From positions 62,129 to 126,128 of the forward strand of contig JAGVBB010000002.1 in assembly GCA_020059915.1 (NCBI GenBank): a DNA stretch of 64,000 nt, written 5' to 3'. The notes below the pieces were generated by a model that ran no database searches, was not told the origin of the DNA, and saw nothing but the letters and a program-made list of their open reading frames with translations. Made by a program: the position numbers and the translations under genes. Each line of letters begins with the position of its first letter. The first letter of the stretch is position 1. The DNA comes from Minisyncoccota bacterium. GTDB taxonomy: Bacteria; Patescibacteriota; Minisyncoccia; UBA6257; GWB1-50-10. Below are positions 18,750 to 28,437 of the stretch, piece by piece.

Positions 18750-19403
18750 TTATCCAATAAATTTTCCCCGAATTCCATTTTTCTCTTCTTCTTCGTGAAT
18801 AAGAACAAGAAGTTTTTCAACAAGTTCCGCTGGATCACTTGAAAAAACAACATTCCCAAATCCTCGATGTGACTTTTCAAGAAGTTCTCTGATATAGTCC
18901 GCCGTCCCCCCAGACCCTTCAAGAACACCCATTGGTTTGTGGTCCTCAAATCCAATAGTAAACTCATTAAGTGTCCCTATCCGTCCACAAATAGTGATAA
19001 TCGCATCTGCAGAACGAGTGAGAAGTAGATTTCTTCCAGAATAATCAAATCCTGTATATACAATTAAATCGTGGTAATCAATTGGAAGATGGTAGCTTTT
19101 TATATGTGCAAGCTTTGATGCTGCTGGCGAAAGGCCTATAACAATACCACCTTCTGCTTTCGCTCCTTTTGCTGAAAAGTACGGCATTCCTGTGGTTGCC
19201 CCCGTGACAAGGACAAGGCCCCTCTTTGCTATTTCCCTTCCAATATCCTCTGCTTTTTTAAATGAGTCTTTTGCGCAATGTCCTGTTTCTGCCGCTCCAG
19301 ATACACAAAATTTATATTTTAATGTATGGGTAAGATGATCTAAAGGATTTTTTGTTTTTGTCACCTTTTTGACTTTTGTTGTTGTTTTTTTTGTTGTTGG
19401 CAT
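18750..19403 (-). CDS. LOG/TIGR00725-family Rossmann-fold nucleotide-binding protein
   Basis: VSGAAETG...LVLVTGATTG...GRIGTLNEF motifs; N-terminal Lys/Thr-rich tail. Confidence 0.5.
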   Translation of the reverse strand: MPTTKKTTTKVKKVTKTKNPLDHLTHTLKYKFCVSGAAETGHCAKDSFKKAEDIGREIAKRGLVLVTGATTGMPYFSAKGAKAEGGIVIGLSPAASKLAHIKSYHLPIDYHDLIVYTGFDYSGRNLLLTRSADAIITICGRIGTLNEFTIGFEDHKPMGVLEGSGGTADYIRELLEKSHRGFGNVVFSSDPAELVEKLLVLIHEEEEKNGIRGKFIG

Positions 19404-19409
19404 GTGTAT

Positions 19410-20765
19410 TTATAATATCACGGTTTCATTGTGTTGTGGGACTCTTGCGTGTATATCCAAGTCGGAATGTATCTTTTCTGCAAGGGCCTCAGCGCTCTCA
19501 AGTTCCCCTTGTACAACAAACACTTGTTGTATTGGTTTTTTAATTTCTGAAACCCAACGAACAAGTTGGGGCTGATCGGCGTGTGCTGAATATCCACTAA
19601 TCGCATGGACCTTACATTTTACAAAGATATCTTCTTTTGCAATTTTTATAATTTTTTCACCATTAAGAATTCTTCTCCCCAACGATTCATTGCTTTGATA
19701 TCCAACAAATAAAATTGAACTTCTACTATCCCCCAAATATCTTTTTTCGTGATGTATAATTCTCCCCCCTTGCGACATTCCCGAACCAGCGATAATAACT
19801 TTTGGAGGAGGCACATCGTTTATCGCTTTTGATTCCTCTGTGGTAAGCGAAAGAGATAATCCAGGAAAATTAAATATTGCATCACCTTTTTTAATTAACC
19901 CAATCGCTTCTTTATTAAAATACATGTTATTCGCAGAATATTTGCGATATACCTCAGTAAGTTTTATAGCAAGCGGACTATCAATAAACACAGGAATTCT
20001 TGGTATTTTTCTGTTTTCAACAAGCTCATTTAACTCATACACCATTTCCTGTGTCCGTTCGAGTGCAAACGCAGGAATCATCACTACCCCCCTTGTTTTA
20101 ATTGCTTGTTTTATAACCGTTTGTAATTCTTCTTTTCTTCTATCAACATTTTCGTGGATTCTCCCTCCATATGCAGACTCGATAAGAACATAGTCCGCAC
20201 CACCTTCAATATATTCTGTCGGATTGATAAACGGAGCAGGAATATTACCAAGGTCACCAGAAAATATAATTTTCTTTCCCTCAACCTCAACAAGAATTGA
20301 TGACGATCCAAGAATATGACCAGCATCATAAAAAGATATTTTAAATGGACCAACAACCTTATGCGTGTGATATGGAACCCCCTCCCATAGATGCATTACT
20401 CGTTCCACGTCTTCAGTTTCATATAATGGTGGTTTGTTTCCCGCCTCGACGGATAAAATATGTTCCGTGTCCAACAACAATGCTTCTGCCATATCTTTTG
20501 TTGGTTCTGTAGAAATTATTTTTCCGCGAAATCCGTCTTTATATAATTTGGGAACGCGTCCTATGTGATCAATGTGTCCATGTGTTATAAATACTGCATC
20601 TATTTCCTCTGGATTATAAGTAAACGCATCATAGTTCATTTCTTCGCAAAAATGCGATCCCTGAAACAACCCACAATCAATGAGAATTTTTGTGTTTTCT
20701 GACTCAAGAAGATAATTCGCCCCAGTAACAGACGCGGCCCCCCCACAAAATGTAAGTTTCACCAT
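19410..20765 (-). CDS. metallo-beta-lactamase/beta-CASP ribonuclease (RNase J-like)
   Basis: HGHIDHIG (HxHxDH) in an MBL fold followed by a beta-CASP region; 451 aa. Confidence 0.7.
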   Translation of the reverse strand: MVKLTFCGGAASVTGANYLLESENTKILIDCGLFQGSHFCEEMNYDAFTYNPEEIDAVFITHGHIDHIGRVPKLYKDGFRGKIISTEPTKDMAEALLLDTEHILSVEAGNKPPLYETEDVERVMHLWEGVPYHTHKVVGPFKISFYDAGHILGSSSILVEVEGKKIIFSGDLGNIPAPFINPTEYIEGGADYVLIESAYGGRIHENVDRRKEELQTVIKQAIKTRGVVMIPAFALERTQEMVYELNELVENRKIPRIPVFIDSPLAIKLTEVYRKYSANNMYFNKEAIGLIKKGDAIFNFPGLSLSLTTEESKAINDVPPPKVIIAGSGMSQGGRIIHHEKRYLGDSRSSILFVGYQSNESLGRRILNGEKIIKIAKEDIFVKCKVHAISGYSAHADQPQLVRWVSEIKKPIQQVFVVQGELESAEALAEKIHSDLDIHARVPQHNETVIL

Positions 20766-20870
20766 ATGTATGTATTATAGCTGATTACTTGACAAAATGG
20801 TTCTACTATTGATTTTTCTATAATTATGTGTTATAATTAAAACATTAAAAATTAAATATGTGGAGACACA

Positions 20871-21167
20871 ATGTTTACAAAAAACAGGGCAAAGAAACGC
20901 GTTCGCACAGAACAGTTTCGTTGCACAGTATTTGTATCAACAAACAATAAAGTTTGTCATACCGTAGATGTTTTTTCCCGGTACGCTCACAATTTGCACG
21001 ACTTCCTATTTCTTATCCATTACAACATGGAGAAAGAACTCGGAAGAAAAATTCTTTGGACCGATATTAGTGTTAAAAAAATTGAACTCCTTGAACTCGG
21101 TTCTTGGAAAACTGTTATTCCAAATGAAGACAATATTGCAAATATTAAAATGAAAAACCCCCGCTAG
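20871..21167 (+). CDS. hypothetical small protein
   Basis: 98-aa ORF immediately followed by a strong terminator. Confidence 0.3.
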   Translation: MFTKNRAKKRVRTEQFRCTVFVSTNNKVCHTVDVFSRYAHNLHDFLFLIHYNMEKELGRKILWTDISVKKIELLELGSWKTVIPNEDNIANIKMKNPR

Positions 21168-21186
21168 GGGGTTTATATTTTTTCTA
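21153..21186. terminator. bidirectional intrinsic terminator
   Basis: aacccccgctagggggtt flanked by an A-run and a T-run. Confidence 0.65.
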
Positions 21187-22426
21187 ATTCTTCTTCAAAA
21201 ACGCGTCGTTCGTTCCATGACTCCTTTCTTCCTTTTTCCCAACGAATCCACTCCTCGCTTCCCTTTCCTGTTCCAATAACCACATCTCCTTTTTGTGCTC
21301 TTGTAAGTGCATAGTGAATCGCTTCACGTCTATCAAGGATTATTTTTATATTCTGATCAGGAAACCTTGTTTTCAAAATACCCTTTTTAATTTCATCAAT
21401 AATTTCGTTTTGATCCTCATCAAACGGGTCCTCATTGGTGAGCACTATCTCGCTACAATACGATCCTGCAATCTTACCGAATTCTTCTCGCTTCCATTTA
21501 TCTCTTCCCCCACCAGCAGCCCCCAAGACACAGATAAGAGAGTTTGTTGGTAACTCACAGTATTCTTTTTTTGCAACACTATACGCTTTTTCTAGAGAAT
21601 CCGGCGTGTGTGCATAATCAACAACAACAGTAAATGGTTTTTGTTGAACAACTTCAAACCTCCCTGATACACCCTTAAATTTCGAGAGCGCTTTGATTAT
21701 AACCTCTGATGAAACACCTTGATTAATTGCAAATGTTTGTGCAAGCGCGCTGTTTTCTAAATTAAAATCGGCGAATATCCATTTATTAAATTTTTCACGG
21801 GCTCGGTCACTTGTTATATCAACAAAATCGGCAATCCACCGCAAAAAATCTGTTTTTGAAGAAAATAAAACAGAACTCCCCAAATTATGTTGTACAGTCT
21901 CTCTAAATGTGTCTGCTTCCTTATCTTCTTTATTAATAAGAAATGTGTGTTTATGTTTGTTTGATTTTGAAACATAAGAAAAAAACGAAAGCTTTGCTTG
22001 TTTGTATGCCTCATACGATCCATGTGATTCAATATGCTCTGGTGATAAATTGGTAAATACCGCACAATCCCAATCTATACATTTGTGCCTGTGTTGCACT
22101 ATACCCTGCGAGGTTACCTCAATAAATGCATATGTGCATTTCGCACGCACTGCCTCACGAAGGAATTTTTGTATTACCATTCTTCCTGGCATTGAATTTC
22201 CTGTCTTATTTTTTTCCATCTTTTCTCCAATTTTTTTTGTAACGGAAGAAAGAACAGCATTTTTTTCTCCTGTCTCGTCCATAATCGCGCTCATAATCTC
22301 TAGCGTCGTTGATTTTCCTTTTGTCCCAGTGACTCCAACAACAAAAATTTTTCTACTAGGAAATAAAAAAAACACATTTCCAAGAAACGCCCATATGTAG
22401 TGATACAGAGAAAATAGAAAACTCAT
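21173..22426 (-). CDS. Mur ligase family, MurE-like (UDP-MurNAc-tripeptide synthetase)
   Basis: Walker-type VGVTGTKGKSTT, DYAHTPDSL and GGGRDKWKR motifs resembling MurE; short N-terminal domain. Confidence 0.6.
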   Translation of the reverse strand: MSFLFSLYHYIWAFLGNVFFLFPSRKIFVVGVTGTKGKSTTLEIMSAIMDETGEKNAVLSSVTKKIGEKMEKNKTGNSMPGRMVIQKFLREAVRAKCTYAFIEVTSQGIVQHRHKCIDWDCAVFTNLSPEHIESHGSYEAYKQAKLSFFSYVSKSNKHKHTFLINKEDKEADTFRETVQHNLGSSVLFSSKTDFLRWIADFVDITSDRAREKFNKWIFADFNLENSALAQTFAINQGVSSEVIIKALSKFKGVSGRFEVVQQKPFTVVVDYAHTPDSLEKAYSVAKKEYCELPTNSLICVLGAAGGGRDKWKREEFGKIAGSYCSEIVLTNEDPFDEDQNEIIDEIKKGILKTRFPDQNIKIILDRREAIHYALTRAQKGDVVIGTGKGSEEWIRWEKGRKESWNERRVFEEELEKI

Positions 22427-22432
22427 AAATAA

Positions 22433-22999
22433 TTATTTTTTTCTTCCAATCATTCTTAACGCACTTCTCAATCGATCCTCTGTGGTCTCTCCTTCCGCAT
22501 CAGATGCCATACTCCGAGCAATGGACCGTGGATACCCAAGATTAACAAGAACTTCCTCAACCTCCTTTCGTAGATCATACGTTGCTGTCGATGCTCCAAC
22601 AGAAAATCCTTTCATTTTTGTGTGTAATTCTAAAATAATCCTTTCTGCTGTTTTTCCCCCTATTCCGGATGCTCGAGAAAGAATATCTGCTCTCTTTTCG
22701 AGGATGGCTGCGGTTGTGTTGGGAATAGTATCAAGGTCTAATATACCAAGAGCTGTTTTTGGGCCAACACCAGAAACAGAAATAAGCATCTCAAATAGTA
22801 ATAATGACTCCTCACTGAGAAAGCCAAATATATCAAACGCATCTTCCCGCACATGTGCGTGTACGTATATAGTGACTGTTCCACTAATAACTTTCAGTGT
22901 GTTTGAATTGCTAAACACTTTATATCCCACATCGCCAACGTGGAGCACAAAAAAATCTTTTTTTACCACCCCAACCGTGCCATTCATTGAGTACCACAT
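22433..22999 (-). CDS. ruvA: Holliday junction DNA helicase subunit RuvA
   Basis: N-terminal OB domain, HhH pairs (SVSGVGPKTALGILD), C-terminal domain III. Confidence 0.8.
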   Translation of the reverse strand: MWYSMNGTVGVVKKDFFVLHVGDVGYKVFSNSNTLKVISGTVTIYVHAHVREDAFDIFGFLSEESLLLFEMLISVSGVGPKTALGILDLDTIPNTTAAILEKRADILSRASGIGGKTAERIILELHTKMKGFSVGASTATYDLRKEVEEVLVNLGYPRSIARSMASDAEGETTEDRLRSALRMIGRKK

Positions 23000-23114
23000 A
23001 CAGTAAGTATAACCTACAAAATATTGACTACAATATACTACTTATTTGTCAGTGTTTACTTTTTGGCTCGTTTGACTTTTTGGTAAAAATACGCTTTACT
23101 GTGTCTATAGAAAT

Positions 23115-23366
23115 ATGCCAAAGACAAGTTCAGCAAAAAAGGCTCTACGACAGACAAAAACAAGAAATGCTCGCAACCTTGGAAGAAAAACAAAACTCAA
23201 GATTGCAGTGAAAGATTTTGCTCGTGCAATAGCAACAGACAAAGAAACAGCAAAAACGAAACTTGCAGAGACCTACAAAACAATAGACAAGATGGCAAAG
23301 GTAAAACTTATTAAAAAGGGTAAGGCAAACCGAATGAAATCACGTCTTGCAAAAAGAATAAAATAA
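23115..23366 (+). CDS. rpsT: 30S ribosomal protein S20
   Basis: MPKTSSAKKALRQTKTRNARN... S20 signature. Confidence 0.85.
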   Translation: MPKTSSAKKALRQTKTRNARNLGRKTKLKIAVKDFARAIATDKETAKTKLAETYKTIDKMAKVKLIKKGKANRMKSRLAKRIK

Positions 23367-23393
23367 TACCGCCACTGGCGGTATTATTTTTTT
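23365..23393. terminator. intrinsic terminator
   Basis: aataccgccactggcggtatt plus a T-run. Confidence 0.65.
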
Positions 23394-24202
23394 AAAACAA
23401 ACTCCAAAAGAACATCTTCATATTCCGCCTTCCCACTTTTTATTTTTACATCAAGGTTGGCTAATTGTTCTATTTCCTTTCCTCGTGCAAGGAATGCAAT
23501 GGTATTAAAAAGATGTGCAGGATCAACGTTGTTTAAAAAAGCACGTTCAAGTATTGCTATGCGTTTTTTTATATCTTTTTCGAATATAATCTTTTTTGCC
23601 GCAAAAAAAGCATCTTCTTTTTGTGTTGTTTGTATAATTAGGTGAAGTTTTTCTTTGGTAATTTCCTTCTCTCCAAAAAACAACTCAAACTTTTTTAACT
23701 CTTGAACACCTGCGGCACTTTTTAATTGAAATGTCTCTATGTGTTCCACAAAGTCCTCCCAAGCATCTCGTGAAAAAGAAAGGCTTCGCATCTCTGCTTC
23801 TTTTTTTAAGAAGACACTCAACGATCTCCTGTCGAGCTCTGCATATTCTGTTGATTTCACAGAAGGATCAAGTAAAAAAGAAAAATTCTTTTTTGGTGCA
23901 TTGGTATCAGAAATAATAAGTATGTGTTCTTTTGAATCAATTTCTTTTTTGAGCAACCCCCTCCACTCTTTATTGTCGGCAACTCCACTTTCATAGATCA
24001 CTGCGGTTTTTGTCTCTGAAAACATTGATGGTTGTGATAAAAAATCTTTTACCTCCTTCCATGTTTCTTTTTCTTCTTCCAAATCAAAAATACCAATATC
24101 CGCGTCTTTTCTTTTTTCGCGGTTTACCTTGAGAAGCTCCCGAACCTTCACTTCTCTCCTATATATATCTGGTCCATATAGGAAAATGATCATTATCATC
24201 AA
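23384..24202 (-). CDS. probable DNA polymerase III delta subunit (HolA-like)
   Basis: N-terminal IIFLYGPDIYRREVKVRELL and overall length are consistent with HolA; weak. Confidence 0.4.
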   Translation of the reverse strand: MMIMIIFLYGPDIYRREVKVRELLKVNREKRKDADIGIFDLEEEKETWKEVKDFLSQPSMFSETKTAVIYESGVADNKEWRGLLKKEIDSKEHILIISDTNAPKKNFSFLLDPSVKSTEYAELDRRSLSVFLKKEAEMRSLSFSRDAWEDFVEHIETFQLKSAAGVQELKKFELFFGEKEITKEKLHLIIQTTQKEDAFFAAKKIIFEKDIKKRIAILERAFLNNVDPAHLFNTIAFLARGKEIEQLANLDVKIKSGKAEYEDVLLEFVLKK

Positions 24203-24247
24203 TGTAGCAAAAAAAATCGCCCACGCATATAATGCGCGGGCAAATTA

Positions 24248-24727
24248 CTAATAAAAGAGTCCATATCCTTCTGTAAACCTAATATCTCGTTCAGTTATGT
24301 TCCAAATTTTTATATTAGATTTAAAGGAGTCAGTATTAGAAAAATTTACAACAGTACTAACTCTTCCGATCAGTTGATTCTTTGTATTGTATACAAAACC
24401 AATAAGTGCGGCGTCAATATTTCCAAATGTACCACCCGCATATACAGTTGCCCGTATTCCTGGTTTTATATAAAACCTTTTCAAATATGTTGGTCTACTA
24501 TCTCCAACAACCACCACATTTGCAAACTGAGAATTGATTTCGAAATCAATTTTTCCAATGACTTCCTTAAAAAGTTTCTGCGGACAAGTGATTACCACCA
24601 TATTTGAATGTACTGGCAAATTTGTCCTTACTCCGATTTCTACATATTGTCTGAGCACTCCACATCCTTCAAAAAGGAATAAGGAAAGCAAAATAAATAT
24701 GGGAAATAAAAATCTTAAACGTTTCAT
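24248..24727 (-). CDS. putative lipoprotein (hypothetical)
   Basis: Signal peptide with lipobox LFEGC. Confidence 0.4.
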   Translation of the reverse strand: MKRLRFLFPIFILLSLFLFEGCGVLRQYVEIGVRTNLPVHSNMVVITCPQKLFKEVIGKIDFEINSQFANVVVVGDSRPTYLKRFYIKPGIRATVYAGGTFGNIDAALIGFVYNTKNQLIGRVSTVVNFSNTDSFKSNIKIWNITERDIRFTEGYGLFY

Positions 24728-24867
24728 TTCAATCTCCTATTGAATTATTAATGATGGATATATTATACCACCAAATATATTAAAAATCAAGTATTCCCCA
24801 TATTTGTCAAGGTTTTGAAATACACGTCTTTTGAGCTTGTGTTTTGTAGAGTATACTTAGTATATAC

Positions 24868-26541
24868 ATGTTCAATAGCAAGCTACTTCAAGAACAACTT
24901 CAGAAAGCACGTCGTTTTGCGGAGGAAAATGATGCAAAACGCCGCGCGGTGCAGATTGGTGCTCCCTACCTTGATATCATTACTACACGCGTTCCTACAG
25001 AACTAAAAGCGATGAAACAGGTACAAGAAAATGAGGCAAGAAAAGCTCTTCTTGTTCCACTACACACCACAAAATCAAAAATTGTCATTGCAGCTTTTGA
25101 CCCACGTCTTCCAGAAACACACACTATTATTGAGAGATTAAAATCTGAAGGACTTCAGGTTGAAATTCGTATTGTGTCAAAACCAAGCTTGGAACATGGG
25201 TGGGGGTATTATAAATATGTTCCGGAGGACACAAAAGAAATTTCAGGAAAGGTTGATGTTAATGAAGAAAACCTTGGCATTATACTTGGTGCAGTAAAGA
25301 CACTCGGCGACCTTGAGGAACATCTCAAAAATTTTTCAAGCCCATTTGTGTCTCAGATGCTTGAAATTATTCTTGCGGGAGCAATGGCACTCAAGGCATC
25401 TGATATTCACTTGGAGCCAATTGATGAGGCGGGAGTTCTTCGTCTCCGTATTGATGGCATTCTTCATACGGTGTTTGATAAGTTTTCTCCTCATATTTAT
25501 AAATCAGTCATTACGCGTATAAAATTATTATCAAACCTCAAATTAAATATTGTTAACGAACCACAGGATGGGAGGTTTACTATTGGATTAAAAAATAGAG
25601 ACATAGAGGTTCGTACATCAATTATCCCTTCTGAATATGGGGAAACGGTTGTTATGCGTATATTGGATCCATCAGCACTTAAGGTAAATCTTGAAGACCT
25701 TGGCTGGAGAAAAGATGATCTTGCAATAATCAAGGAGGTTATCAACCAACCAAATGGGCTTATTTTAAATACTGGGCCAACAGGATCAGGAAAAACCACA
25801 ACACTATATGCGTTTCTTAAAAGTGTGCGGTCTTCGGAAATAAAAATAATAACCGTAGAAGATCCTATTGAATATCACCTTGAAGGCGTATCACAAACAC
25901 AAGTAAATTCAAATGCAAATTATACATTTGCATCTGGACTTCGTTCCATTCTCCGACAAGATCCTGATGTTATTCTTATTGGAGAAATTCGTGATCAAGA
26001 AACAGCAGAAATTGCACTAGAGTCATCACTCACTGGACACCTTGTATTTTCAACACTCCACACGAACGACGCTATTGGAGCAATTCCCCGATTTCTTGAC
26101 TTGGGGGCAAAACCGAATATTTTAGGGCCGGCACTCACATTAGTAATAGCCCAACGACTTGTTCGTGTTTTATGCAAAGAATGTAGAGAAAAAATTGAAC
26201 CTACAAAGGAATTAACATCCACCATTTCTCAATTTATAAACAAACTTCCTAATAGGATTGATAAGTCTGCATATACAAACATTGAAATGTATTCTGCAAA
26301 AGGGTGCCCCTCCTGTGCAGGATTGGGATATCACGGACGCGTTTCAATATTTGAATTATTTCTTGTTAATAATGATATAAAAGAATTAATTTATAAAAAT
26401 CCAACAGAAATGCAATTATTTACATCAGCAAGGTCTCAAGGAATGGTCACCATGCAAGAGGACGGTCTCTTGAAAGTTCTTCAAGGTATTACAACTACAG
26501 ACGAAGTTGAACGAGCAACAGGAACAATAAAGTGGGAGTAG
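24868..26541 (+). CDS. type IV pilus assembly / type II secretion ATPase (PilB/GspE family)
   Basis: Walker A GPTGSGKTTT, Asp box, His box, C-terminal tetra-Cys motif (CKEC...GCPSCAG). Confidence 0.85.
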   Translation: MFNSKLLQEQLQKARRFAEENDAKRRAVQIGAPYLDIITTRVPTELKAMKQVQENEARKALLVPLHTTKSKIVIAAFDPRLPETHTIIERLKSEGLQVEIRIVSKPSLEHGWGYYKYVPEDTKEISGKVDVNEENLGIILGAVKTLGDLEEHLKNFSSPFVSQMLEIILAGAMALKASDIHLEPIDEAGVLRLRIDGILHTVFDKFSPHIYKSVITRIKLLSNLKLNIVNEPQDGRFTIGLKNRDIEVRTSIIPSEYGETVVMRILDPSALKVNLEDLGWRKDDLAIIKEVINQPNGLILNTGPTGSGKTTTLYAFLKSVRSSEIKIITVEDPIEYHLEGVSQTQVNSNANYTFASGLRSILRQDPDVILIGEIRDQETAEIALESSLTGHLVFSTLHTNDAIGAIPRFLDLGAKPNILGPALTLVIAQRLVRVLCKECREKIEPTKELTSTISQFINKLPNRIDKSAYTNIEMYSAKGCPSCAGLGYHGRVSIFELFLVNNDIKELIYKNPTEMQLFTSARSQGMVTMQEDGLLKVLQGITTTDEVERATGTIKWE

Positions 26542-26582
26542 TTCTTAAAAAATAACCACCCCTCTTTGATATATAAAATAAA

Positions 26583-26610
26583 CCCCGCCAGTCTTCTATA
26601 GACTGGCGGG
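26583..26610 (-). terminator. intrinsic terminator, oriented for the minus strand
   Basis: ccccgccagtcttctatagactggcggg; the U-tract is only on the minus-strand side. Confidence 0.55.
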
Positions 26611-26611
26611 A

Positions 26612-26790
26612 TTCGTTCACTAGGGTCTGTGGGCAGCACGCCGTTAGGCTTGTTTTAAAAACCTCCCTCAATGAGCTTGAGAAAGGACCGAATGTTTCCG
26701 AGGAGTTCTCCAGCCGAAACCAAAGAGTCCTTTAAAATAGTTTAAGAAATGCATCCGTTTGCCCACAGACCTTAATGAACGATGTTAAAA
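26612..26790 (-). ncRNA. candidate small RNA (unknown class)
   Basis: ~180-nt ORF-free segment; 12-bp long-range helix ggtctgtgggca(26624..26635)/tgcccacagacc(26760..26771) enclosing internal helices (aaaggac/gtccttt); on the minus strand preceded by TTGACA-17nt-TGcTAGTAT promoter-like elements (~26795..26830) and followed by the terminator above. Confidence 0.3.
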
Positions 26791-26956
26791 TACTAGCACA
26801 CAAATATAAATTTGTCAATACCAGGAAACGTGCCTACTATGTATATAGCACTCTTTTACATGTGTCAATGCCTATAAAATATAGAAAAAATCAACACTTT
26901 TCCCCCACCTCGTATTCCCAATAATTCTTATTTATCATATAGTTATAGTAGACTAC

Positions 26957-27961
26957 ATGGAAAAAGATATAGAAAAAAAGGATGGAATTGATGGAAATTT
27001 TGATGCGGCACTCCGTCCTTCACGCTGGGATGAATATATTGGGCAAGATACAACAAAAAAAAATTTGCGTTTAATTCTTGATGCCGCAAAAGAACGAGGT
27101 GAAGCACCAGACCATATATTATTTTATGGACAACCGGGACTTGGAAAAACAACGCTCGCATACCTCATTGCAAAAGAATTAAATACACAAATAAAATCCA
27201 CATCTGGTCCCGCATTAGAAAAAGCAGGAGATGTTGCTGCACTCCTTACAAATCTTGAACCACACGATATTCTTTTTATTGATGAGGCACACAGGGTAAA
27301 TACTGCGATAGAAGAAATATTATATCCCGCAATGGAATCAAGAAAAATACACATTATTCTTGGTAAGGGCCCATCTGCAAGAACATTTTCCCTAGACCTT
27401 CCCCCCTTTACTATTGTTGCCGCGACAACACGAGCAAACCTCCTTTCCGCTCCATTGCGATCTCGATTTGGCGCAACATTTCGTTTGGATTATTACAACG
27501 CACAAGATATACAAAAAATTATTAATCGTTCTGCAAAAATACTTAACATATCAATTGAGTCATCGGCCGCCGAAAAACTCTCACATGCAGCGCGTTTTAC
27601 TCCAAGAACCGCAAACCGTCTTTTGAAGCGCGCACGGGATTATGCGCAAATGTATAGTAATAACAATATTAATATTGATGCGGTATATAAAACATTAGAA
27701 CTTTTGGAGATTGATGAGTTGGGCCTCGATAAAACAGACAGAGAAATATTATCTGTTATTATCCAAAAATTTAATGGCGGTCCCGTTGGACTTAAATCAC
27801 TTGGTGCCGCAATAAACGAAGAACCAGGAACTATAGAGGATGTATATGAGCCATATCTAATAAAAATTGGTTTGTTACACCGAACGCCCTCTGGAAGAGT
27901 TGTGACAAAACTTGCACACCAACATCTTGGTATCTCTGATAGTGGGCTAGATTTATTATAA
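26957..27961 (+). CDS. ruvB: Holliday junction DNA helicase RuvB
   Basis: AAA+ Walker A GQPGLGKTTLA, Walker B, sensor motifs and winged-helix C-terminus. Confidence 0.9.
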   Translation: MEKDIEKKDGIDGNFDAALRPSRWDEYIGQDTTKKNLRLILDAAKERGEAPDHILFYGQPGLGKTTLAYLIAKELNTQIKSTSGPALEKAGDVAALLTNLEPHDILFIDEAHRVNTAIEEILYPAMESRKIHIILGKGPSARTFSLDLPPFTIVAATTRANLLSAPLRSRFGATFRLDYYNAQDIQKIINRSAKILNISIESSAAEKLSHAARFTPRTANRLLKRARDYAQMYSNNNINIDAVYKTLELLEIDELGLDKTDREILSVIIQKFNGGPVGLKSLGAAINEEPGTIEDVYEPYLIKIGLLHRTPSGRVVTKLAHQHLGISDSGLDLL

Positions 27962-27963
27962 AT

Positions 27964-28437
27964 ATGAAAAAAGAACACACACTATCTTTCTCAACGATTT
28001 CAACATCACCAAGAGAAACGGGTGTTTTGGGTGAAAAATTTGGAGAACTCCTTGTTTCTCTCCCACAACTTACTTATGCGCGTGTTATTGGATTACACGG
28101 AGATCTTGGCGCAGGAAAAACCACATTTATAAAAGGGGTAGCAAAAGGTTTTTCAATAAAAAAACATATTACCAGCCCAACATTTGTTCTTATACATCGT
28201 TTTCCTTTAAAAAAAGGGGGATATAAAAATTTTTTTCATATAGATGCATATCGCCTCTCTTCATTTTCAGAAATAAAAGTTTTAGACATTGAGGATATAA
28301 TTGATGATCCAAAAAACATATTATTTATTGAGTGGCAAAAAAATATTACATCTTCTCGAATAAAAAAATGTGGAGATATCATGTTTAAACACGTGGATGA
28401 GCACAAGAGAAAAATAGTAATTACACTAAAAACATGA
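27964..28437 (+). CDS. tsaE: tRNA t6A biosynthesis ATPase TsaE (YjeE)
   Basis: P-loop GDLGAGKTTFIKG and SPTF motif; 157 aa. Confidence 0.75.
   Translation: MKKEHTLSFSTISTSPRETGVLGEKFGELLVSLPQLTYARVIGLHGDLGAGKTTFIKGVAKGFSIKKHITSPTFVLIHRFPLKKGGYKNFFHIDAYRLSSFSEIKVLDIEDIIDDPKNILFIEWQKNITSSRIKKCGDIMFKHVDEHKRKIVITLKT

Noticed and set aside
24868-26541. PilB as part of a local pilus operon
   Set aside because: No pilC, pilM-Q, prepilin or prepilin-peptidase genes flank it in this window; it is a lone ATPase gene here. Any pilus or competence role would depend on loci elsewhere in the genome.
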